DNA of 64,000 nucleotides from Cyanobacteria bacterium SOY_34_metabat_3 (GTDB lineage: Bacteria; Cyanobacteriota; Cyanobacteriia; Cyanobacteriales; Microcoleaceae), in the NCBI GenBank assembly GCA_031399265.1, contig JANNOR010000280.1, positions 15,378 through 79,377 of the forward strand. The letters are read 5' to 3'. Positions 56,966 to 64,000 of this stretch are shown here, piece after piece (position 1 is the stretch's first letter; the number at the start of each line of letters is the position of its first letter). A model generated the notes under the pieces. It had not been told where the DNA came from. It did not search any database and was given only the letters and a program-made list of their open reading frames with translations. Position numbers and translations under genes: made by a program.

Positions 56966-57595
56966 TCACCTTTTTGGCAAAGTGTCACTACAACCAGCTT
57001 CTTTAAATTGTTGAAGCAACCGATTTCTATCTGCTTGGGGAATGTAACTCATTAATTTAGCTGGATCGACTAGCGGTTTAGGCCAAGCATATTCGTAGAT
57101 ACCAGGTTGATTGTTGCTAGTGTTAATAAAAGTCACCCCTAAATAGTTACCTTGTTGAACCAAAATCGTGCGTTCGCTTGTTCTGATTTGTTTACCAGAG
57201 ATAGTTCCTTGAGCAAAACTTATCCCGATGTCATTGGCTGTGGGAATAAAAGTTTCTAAAATACATACCCGACCTTTGATAGTTGAGGGATAAATATCTA
57301 GATTTTCTTCTAGTGCCGTCCATTTACCGAGAAAAGGTGCTACATCAGGATTAACTGGCAACCAAGCTCTAACAAACGCTTTCAAGTTCTGAATTTCATT
57401 TTGATTACGGCGATCTCGAAGATACAAATCACGATTTCCCGGCTGTGGAGAAGCAACAAAACTGCGAAACCGATTCATTAATTGCTGCAATTCATTCTCA
57501 GTTGGATATCGTTTAGATTGTTGTGCAATAATTGGTAAACAGCAACCCAAAATTATCATATTGACTATCAAGGCTACTAGCCCGCGTTTTCTCAT
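56966..57595 (-). CDS. Secreted hypothetical protein
   Basis: Signal peptide MRKRGLVALIVNMIILGCCLPIIA. Confidence 0.7.
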   Translation of the reverse strand: MRKRGLVALIVNMIILGCCLPIIAQQSKRYPTENELQQLMNRFRSFVASPQPGNRDLYLRDRRNQNEIQNLKAFVRAWLPVNPDVAPFLGKWTALEENLDIYPSTIKGRVCILETFIPTANDIGISFAQGTISGKQIRTSERTILVQQGNYLGVTFINTSNNQPGIYEYAWPKPLVDPAKLMSYIPQADRNRLLQQFKEAGCSDTLPKR

Positions 57596-57637
57596 AAGTA
57601 ATACTTTCCAGTTCTGTCAACCCTTAGTTTACCAGCC

Positions 57638-58381
57638 TTGCTCATAAAATTTATGTATAAACCACCACTCTCACAAGCCCAACTCGATCGCGCACCAATC
57701 ACTTCCGATCGCACTGTGCTAAATAAAGCATATGCGATCGCCAAAAAAGCAGGGCGTCACAATTTGGCAAAACTAATGACCTGTATGGTTATCTTACTGC
57801 CTACAAACCTCGCTTTTTCTGCTCCTACTTACTTAGGCAGCAAACCTACTTACTTAGGTAGCGAACCTAGTGCTGAGGCTGACAGCGCTAAATTCACTCA
57901 AAAGGTTAACATCATGTTGGCTCAAGAAAGCACCCAGTTACCGCTGAGCATTCGGTATGGTGGGACAGAAGCTAGGGGAGGTTTTGTCCTTATGCAACTT
58001 ACTGCACCCAATCGAGATACAACTCAACCGGCTTACGGTGGCAGGCTTCGTCTCTACGATGTTCATCTTGCCAAAATGTTTGAAACTTCCCATTTTTTGT
58101 GCCAGCAATTTACAAGCGTTTCCGGTTATGAATGGGTTTATTCAGCAGGTAATGGAAGTATTCGCATGGGGAACTTTAGAATTCCCTGTAGTTTAGCTAA
58201 AGAAATGGCTTCAACCTACGGCTTAGGTAAGCCAGAACGCACAAGCATTGCCAAAGATACCGAGGGAGGCCCTACTGAATCAGATGTCTATTCTATTCCG
58301 ATTTTTGACATCACCGGTTCTAAGGTTCAGCGATGGATGAATTTTGTCCAAAATTTTAAACCAACGATCAGAGGTCTGTAA
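57638..58381 (+). CDS. Hypothetical protein, probably secreted; start uncertain
   Basis: Signal-like segment near 57777-57822; 21-nt tandem duplication encoding PTYLGSKPTYLGSE. Confidence 0.6.
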   Translation: MLIKFMYKPPLSQAQLDRAPITSDRTVLNKAYAIAKKAGRHNLAKLMTCMVILLPTNLAFSAPTYLGSKPTYLGSEPSAEADSAKFTQKVNIMLAQESTQLPLSIRYGGTEARGGFVLMQLTAPNRDTTQPAYGGRLRLYDVHLAKMFETSHFLCQQFTSVSGYEWVYSAGNGSIRMGNFRIPCSLAKEMASTYGLGKPERTSIAKDTEGGPTESDVYSIPIFDITGSKVQRWMNFVQNFKPTIRGL

Positions 58382-58438
58382 TGATCTACAATACTAAATA
58401 CTCTGCAATAAGCCGTTCTTCGTTCTTCTTTCTTCCTA

Positions 58439-59293
58439 ATGTCTCCAAATGTGCGATCGCCACGCCCCAAACCTCTATTAAAGCAAATAGTCATCAGAAT
58501 TGCCCTAGCCGTAATTGCTGCTATTATTGCCTTCAACATTCCTCACTCCTTATTTCCCGTGTCTACAGAACCCGTATCCGAAGCCAGCCCACCGCCCGAA
58601 ATCCAAAACGTGCTCGCCGGTAAGCGCAAGATTGTGACAGTGGGCGACAGCATCACCGAAGCCGGGAAGTACCCCGGAGGTTACGTTTGGCTGCTGCAAC
58701 GCTATCTAAATGCGCTTTATCCCGATCGCCAAATCGAAATCGTCAACGCCGGAATTTCCGGCAACAAGGCGAGTGATATGCAAGCGCGGTTTCAAAAAGA
58801 TGCGATCGACCAAAAGCCAGATTTAGTCATGATTAACGTCGGAGTAAACGACGTTTGGCACGCTTTCTTCGACTTCCAAAACAGTCAATTTCATCCGCAA
58901 GGCAACTTGCAGACGGGAGTACCATTGGTAGAATATCGAGATAAATTAACTCAAATGGTGCTATCTGCAAAAGCCGCAGGAATTCGAGTTTTGCTGCTTT
59001 CTCCTACTCCAATCCGCGAGATTCTCGACGGCCCAGAAAATCGCCGATTGCAAGAATACGTTGCCGCAATGAGAGAAATTGCCTTGCAAAATAAGTGCCT
59101 ATTTATTGATTTGAACGCGCCTTTTCGCGAAGTTATCGGCACCTATCAAAGACACGCAGGTAAAACTCTGAACTTGTTAGCCGCAGATGGAGTTCACCCA
59201 AATCCGTCGGGATATCGAATTATTGCCTTTACTATCTTGCGCGGTTTGGGAGTACCCGCCAAGGATATTGAGAATTTGCAAGTCAAAAATTGA
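58439..59293 (+). CDS. SGNH/GDSL hydrolase
   Basis: VGDSIT, NAGISG, GVND, DGVHP. Confidence 0.9.
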   Translation: MSPNVRSPRPKPLLKQIVIRIALAVIAAIIAFNIPHSLFPVSTEPVSEASPPPEIQNVLAGKRKIVTVGDSITEAGKYPGGYVWLLQRYLNALYPDRQIEIVNAGISGNKASDMQARFQKDAIDQKPDLVMINVGVNDVWHAFFDFQNSQFHPQGNLQTGVPLVEYRDKLTQMVLSAKAAGIRVLLLSPTPIREILDGPENRRLQEYVAAMREIALQNKCLFIDLNAPFREVIGTYQRHAGKTLNLLAADGVHPNPSGYRIIAFTILRGLGVPAKDIENLQVKN

Positions 59294-59476
59294 AAAGAAG
59301 GAAGTTCGGCAACGAGCAATGTACGGGATATAACGGATGTCGGGAAGAAAGTTGAAGAATGAAGGATTTCTCTTCAGTCTGCGCAGGCAGACTTCGGTTG
59401 TGTGCCCGTAAACTCCGCGGTTTCTAACCGCCGGGGCTGCGGTTAGAAACCGCCGGATCTTCTACCGGATTTGATA

Positions 59477-60376
59477 TCATTCAACTGGCGGATGATACCG
59501 TTTTAACCAACAGCTACCAATAATCACCAACGCCACTACAACGATAATTTCTGTCCAAAAAAACGATAGGAAATCGCTCGCAGTACCCACCGGAGGAACC
59601 CCCGGCTGGGCGTTGCGAATAGCGGGAAAAGCAAACAGCATCACACCAGTCCAACTCAGCATTCCCACTTCTGGCAACTTCCCCGATTTCATCACTTTCA
59701 ATGCTAGCAAAAGTGCCATAGTTGACAACACCCACATGATGACAATAATTACCAATGCAAAGAATCTCACTGGAATTGAGCGACTTGCAGCCACATCAAT
59801 ATAAATAAAGATAGATGAATTCTCTTCCATCGGCTGATAACTGATGTCAAAACCGGGAACATCGGCATGAAACTTAAATTCCAGCGGCACGGGATTGAGT
59901 TGAAATGGAGCAAATTTTTTACCAATTGAAGCCAGCGGATCGATCGAAATAGCTACTTTAGCAATATGCTTGTCAAATGGATAATTGTTAATTTTGCCCT
60001 TGACTAAGTTGAATTTTAATGCAGGCACTATCATGGGTTTGCCTTCTTTAAAATTGATTTCAGAATCCTCTACATTTGCGCCGTTAACTGTCATTAACAA
60101 ATCTTGAGCTGGGTAAGTTGGCCCTTTTTTGTAAATTCCTTTGAGTTCAAACTGCAAGCGGGTTTCTAATTCGTTTTTAATGGGATCGATTCCAATTACC
60201 GTCATTTTGACCTCAACTAAGCCTTTGGGGGCTACAGCGGGATCGGGAGATGGTTTGTAAGGCTCTTGGGCATTGGCATTGTGAGAGTAAATAGATAAGA
60301 TAATTACCAAACTTATGGCGATGCTGGAAATTACAATAAGTATTTTTTTGAGATTAAACTTGTTGACAGTTTGCAT
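59477..60376 (-). CDS. DUF4436-like membrane protein
   Basis: NYPFDKH, three C-terminal TM helices, LFAFPAIRNAQPGVPPVG. Confidence 0.75.
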   Translation of the reverse strand: MQTVNKFNLKKILIVISSIAISLVIILSIYSHNANAQEPYKPSPDPAVAPKGLVEVKMTVIGIDPIKNELETRLQFELKGIYKKGPTYPAQDLLMTVNGANVEDSEINFKEGKPMIVPALKFNLVKGKINNYPFDKHIAKVAISIDPLASIGKKFAPFQLNPVPLEFKFHADVPGFDISYQPMEENSSIFIYIDVAASRSIPVRFFALVIIVIMWVLSTMALLLALKVMKSGKLPEVGMLSWTGVMLFAFPAIRNAQPGVPPVGTASDFLSFFWTEIIVVVALVIIGSCWLKRYHPPVE

Positions 60377-60464
60377 TTATTATGAGTATGACATATTTTG
60401 TATAACTTTAAATAATCTGCTATCTGAAACAGGCTCTAGGGCCTGTTTCAGAATAGATAAAGAA

Positions 60465-61952
60465 TTAAGGAAGCAATACATTTGGTGTAAAACTACCGTG
60501 TAAACCGTAGGGAATGTGTTGTTTTAAATGCAAGCGGGCTATGGGTTCTTTCGTGATGTCGCGGGCATCTAGAATCACTAAGGTCGATCGATGTTTAGCT
60601 GCATCATACATCAAAACCAGCAGCCAGCCGTCATCTTCAGCCACAGCATCGGGACGAGGTACAAACACCGGTTCCCCGGCAAAACCGCGCGGCGCCACAC
60701 TCCAAACTTGCCTTTCACCAGTAACGAAATCTATTTTAAGAATAGCTTGCAAAGGAGCATTTCCAGTCGAAGAATCAGCGGCGCCGATATACAGATATCG
60801 GTAAGGCTGTCCCACATTATCGGGATGCAAAGTCGGAAACTCGCAGCATCGAGTTTCAACAACTTGATGCTGTACTGTTTTGTCTTGCAAGTTTAACTTA
60901 AACCGCCATAATTCCCCGGCGGGAATGGTGTTAAAATCAATCTCCAAAAAATCGCCATCATGCTCTACAGTTGGAAATGATTCGTAGCAAACTGAGTCAA
61001 CAAAAACTGTTCCTGCTTCTTCCCAGGCGTTGCAGTGGTGGAAAACAAAACAAGGTTCAGTTTCCAATATCTTCACCTCGTCAGTGCCGTTGCGGGGAAT
61101 TAAAATTGCTTGGGTGGGCTTGTTTGGCGAAAATTGAATGCACTGGGCTGCACTCCGAAATCCTAACAAGAAAAGCAGCGGATTGAAGGAGACGGGATTT
61201 TGAAAAAATATGCAGTAATTCGGGGTAATTACCATATCGTGCAAGAAGGCAAAACCCGGGATTGCATGGGCGTGTTTCTGCAAAAGTTTGCCGCTTTCGT
61301 CGAATTCGTAAATGGTAATTGTACTCGACAAACCGGGCTTGACGGAAAAGTTGATTAATCTGTCTCCGGCTCCGTTTTTGCCTTTTTCAATTCTCGGGTG
61401 GGCGGCGAAAGCTTCGCCCGGTTCCAAGATGCCATCTAGGGTGTCTAAACCGAGGGTTTCTAGGGTGCGGGGGTCGAGTCTGTAGGGCTGTGCTGCTTCC
61501 CAAAGTGCTAGCAGTTTGTCGCCCCAATAAATGATGTTGGTGTTGGCAATGTTTTTGATTTTGACATCAAAGATGTTGGCTAACCAGCCGCCCGCTTTCT
61601 GTGTACCGAAAACGCCTCGGTGCAGGATTTTTCCGGCTTTTTGTTCGGCAAGATAGCCTTCTGTGCGGACGAATCGGTTGCGGAAATGGGCGCGGCTTTC
61701 GGAAAGTACGATCGCACAAACCATTCCATCACCATCAAAGGGATGGTGGATGCGCTCGCCGTTGACATCCAATAATCCGGGCCCGTTGCGAAAGAATGTG
61801 CCTTGTAAGCCGGCGGGGATTTCGCCTTCTATGTCGTCAATCCAGTAGTCGGATTCGTTGGGTTGAGATTCATAGCCGCGCTGCCAGTCTGTGCGATCGT
61901 ATGATAAGGTTTTGGCTGCTGTTTGAGATTGGGAAGTTTCTAAGTTTTGCAT
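60465..61952 (-). CDS. Carotenoid oxygenase family protein
   Basis: FRNGPG, HPFDGDG, AAHP, FLHD, FVFHH, EPVFVP, PYGLHGSF. Confidence 0.93.
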   Translation of the reverse strand: MQNLETSQSQTAAKTLSYDRTDWQRGYESQPNESDYWIDDIEGEIPAGLQGTFFRNGPGLLDVNGERIHHPFDGDGMVCAIVLSESRAHFRNRFVRTEGYLAEQKAGKILHRGVFGTQKAGGWLANIFDVKIKNIANTNIIYWGDKLLALWEAAQPYRLDPRTLETLGLDTLDGILEPGEAFAAHPRIEKGKNGAGDRLINFSVKPGLSSTITIYEFDESGKLLQKHAHAIPGFAFLHDMVITPNYCIFFQNPVSFNPLLFLLGFRSAAQCIQFSPNKPTQAILIPRNGTDEVKILETEPCFVFHHCNAWEEAGTVFVDSVCYESFPTVEHDGDFLEIDFNTIPAGELWRFKLNLQDKTVQHQVVETRCCEFPTLHPDNVGQPYRYLYIGAADSSTGNAPLQAILKIDFVTGERQVWSVAPRGFAGEPVFVPRPDAVAEDDGWLLVLMYDAAKHRSTLVILDARDITKEPIARLHLKQHIPYGLHGSFTPNVLLP

Positions 61953-62070
61953 GGGTAGAATAAGCTTTTATTTGTTTAACCGCAGAGAGCGCAGAGGGCG
62001 CAGAGAGGGAAAGTGTTCGAGTGGGAGAATTAGAAAAATATTCCTTCCTTCTTCCTTCTTCCTTCTTCCT

Positions 62071-63525
62071 TCATTTGCTATCTGCGGTGCGGGTTTCGGG
62101 AAGTGATGTCGGTACTAAGTCGGGAAAGTATTCGGGCATAAAATGCTGTCCGCCTGGTTTGGAAGATCCCATTTCTGGTTCTAATACTGGTAGAGAATGT
62201 TGGTAGTCTGGTTCGCCGCTTTCTGTGCTATCTGCGGGTAGCCAATTTAAGAACGGTAGGGGCAGAAGTGTAGATAGGTTTGTGATGACAACTAGCAGCC
62301 AAAGGTTGTCGAAATTGCGATCGGTAATTCCCAGCCAGTGAGTCAGAATTGCACCACCTTCATAGGATATAATTCCTGCTAAGTTGGTGACTGACATTAA
62401 CACCGCGAATAAAGTTGCTTCGACGCCTCGGGGACACAATCGTGCCGAGAGTACCAGCACCGGCATATAAGCAATTTGTCCGATTACTGTCAGGATTAGG
62501 CTGTCTCCAATACTGAACCACTGATCGTCAATTCCTAAACTGCGGTTAGCATGAGTTACTAATAATAAAGTAGTCATGCCCAAAGCAGTGGCAAGCACTG
62601 TTGACCAGCCAAAAATTACTCGAAATGGAACTGTTTTTAGGAAGCGCTGAAACAGCCAGATTCCAGCAAGAGCTGCAAGGCTGGTAACAAGACGTACTCG
62701 GCCGAGAAATTCTGGTTGAAACCCTAATTCGTTGGTGGTGAAGAAGAAGAAGGCGGAGTCAGAACTTGGGGTAGCTTGCCACAGGAAGAGAAAGGCGGTG
62801 GGTAGCCAAATTGTTTTTTGGCTAATAGCTTGTCGCAGTTGTTTGAGTTGGTCTTTGACAGTTTCAAAGTCGGTTCTTTTATCGGTTTTTTCTTCAGCAA
62901 TTAACCAAGCTGTTGCTGATACAATTAGCGGAAAAGATGCGGTGATTAAAAAGATAGTCTGGGTGCTGAAGTGTTGCAGCAAAGAACCGCTGAGGTAGGC
63001 GGTAATTAGTCCGCCGAGGGCTGATGCGCCCCAAGATAAGGATTGCAGGGAACCGGCGTCGGTAACGGATTCTTTTCTGGCTCTTTCTACTACCAGGGAG
63101 TCGGCGATTACGTCGCTGACTGCTAGGGAAACGGAACTCAGGGCGATCGCCCCTGTAGCTGCTAAGGGCGTGTGTACGACTGTAGCCATCCCCACCCATG
63201 CTGCCGTCCCCAACAGCCCGGAGAGGACGATGTAAGGTCGTCTGCGGTAGCCAAATATTGGCAACCCGTCGGACATGAAACCAAACAGAGGTTTGATAAT
63301 CCAAGGTATGGCGACGACACCTAGCATGGCTGAGACTTCGGCGGGAGTCATTCCCAGCTCGTCTTTAAGGAAGAAGCTGACGGCTAAGCGAGCTAGTCCG
63401 AGAATGCCTTGGACGAAGTAAATCAGTAAGATGGCTATGAGTTCCGGGGTTGGCTCATTCCCAAAAAATACTTTTTCTTTTAAAGATTCTTTGAGTTTGC
63501 TGGCGCCAGAGGGGGAAAGGAGCAT
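62071..63525 (-). CDS. Folate/biopterin transporter (BT1 family, MFS)
   Basis: IPWIIKPLFGFMSD, YRRRPY, CPRGVEATLFA. Confidence 0.9.
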   Translation of the reverse strand: MLLSPSGASKLKESLKEKVFFGNEPTPELIAILLIYFVQGILGLARLAVSFFLKDELGMTPAEVSAMLGVVAIPWIIKPLFGFMSDGLPIFGYRRRPYIVLSGLLGTAAWVGMATVVHTPLAATGAIALSSVSLAVSDVIADSLVVERARKESVTDAGSLQSLSWGASALGGLITAYLSGSLLQHFSTQTIFLITASFPLIVSATAWLIAEEKTDKRTDFETVKDQLKQLRQAISQKTIWLPTAFLFLWQATPSSDSAFFFFTTNELGFQPEFLGRVRLVTSLAALAGIWLFQRFLKTVPFRVIFGWSTVLATALGMTTLLLVTHANRSLGIDDQWFSIGDSLILTVIGQIAYMPVLVLSARLCPRGVEATLFAVLMSVTNLAGIISYEGGAILTHWLGITDRNFDNLWLLVVITNLSTLLPLPFLNWLPADSTESGEPDYQHSLPVLEPEMGSSKPGGQHFMPEYFPDLVPTSLPETRTADSK

Positions 63526-63672
63526 TTGAGCAATATTTCTTAATGAATCTCAATATTTATAACACATTCTTAATCAGTTGGGTGACAGTCGGAGGTTGGA
63601 TGCGAAATTGACGGAGAGCTGCCAAGGGCTATAAAATTGTAATTACCTTAAATTAAAGCGTGTTTTGTAATA

Positions 63673-64000
63673 ATGAAAACAGAAATTAGAATTGTTTCTC
63701 TGGCAGTTGCTGGGATTTTAGCAGGATGGGCTAATTTAGCCTTAGCTTTACCTGTTGCTAACCAGCAAGGAGATTATACGGGGCTGCTGGCGAGGACACG
63801 AGGTAATAGACAGGTGAATTGGGTAGTTGTTGACTCGGATACTCAAGGGTTGAATTGCCGCATGGCTCAGCGATTTCAATCGATTTCTGTTGACGGTATT
63901 GATGCACCGGATGAGTTATTTATCAGAAATAAACACAATGTTTCCCAGTGGGCTGTAGTGACTACTTTTCGGCGGGGACAGCGCTTGCAAGCGGTGACAG
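63673..64000 (+). CDS. Secreted hypothetical protein, truncated by the window end
   Basis: ATG 63673, signal peptide MKTEIRIVSLAVAGILAGWANLALA, frame open to the end. Confidence 0.6.
   Translation, partial: MKTEIRIVSLAVAGILAGWANLALALPVANQQGDYTGLLARTRGNRQVNWVVVDSDTQGLNCRMAQRFQSISVDGIDAPDELFIRNKHNVSQWAVVTTFRRGQRLQAVT

Noticed and set aside
1-64000. HIP1 (GCGATCGC) abundance as a novel repeat
   Set aside because: Well-known cyanobacterial feature; used only as a marker of native versus acquired DNA

Overview
64-kb chromosomal window from a filamentous cyanobacterium (Oscillatoriales/Microcoleus-like, inferred from dense HIP1 GCGATCGC, heptamer STRR tracts, GTAG-type REP doublets and genes such as psb29, cpcT, ndhS and ictB). 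Bases 1-10.8 kb are a glycosyltransferase/polysaccharide cluster. The rest is mostly housekeeping genes (aspA, dapF, hfq, hemF, mrp, smpB, rnb, rpsR, rpmG, exosortase O with its PEP-CTERM partner, carotenoid oxygenase, BT1 transporter) interleaved with small accessory islands. The most notable signals are not in the ORF track. (1) An orphan IscB-type omegaRNA (HEARO-like) element with no iscB sits at about 4754-5122, ending exactly at the ATGAA start of a glycosyltransferase. (2) A 318-bp non-autonomous IS200/IS605 derivative keeps a TnpB omegaRNA and sits between dapF and hfq, so its predicted guide is the 20 nt before the hfq start codon. (3) A full tnpB element with intact RuvC motifs and related ends carries a small divergent ribbon-helix-helix gene instead of tnpA. 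(4) A 1.6-kb cassette between two 185-bp copies of a split toxin-antitoxin operon encodes a stand-alone RNA polymerase alpha-CTD fusion, a ~197-nt structured RNA with its own promoter and terminator, and an RHH protein. All family calls are from motif recognition by eye; no database searches were run.
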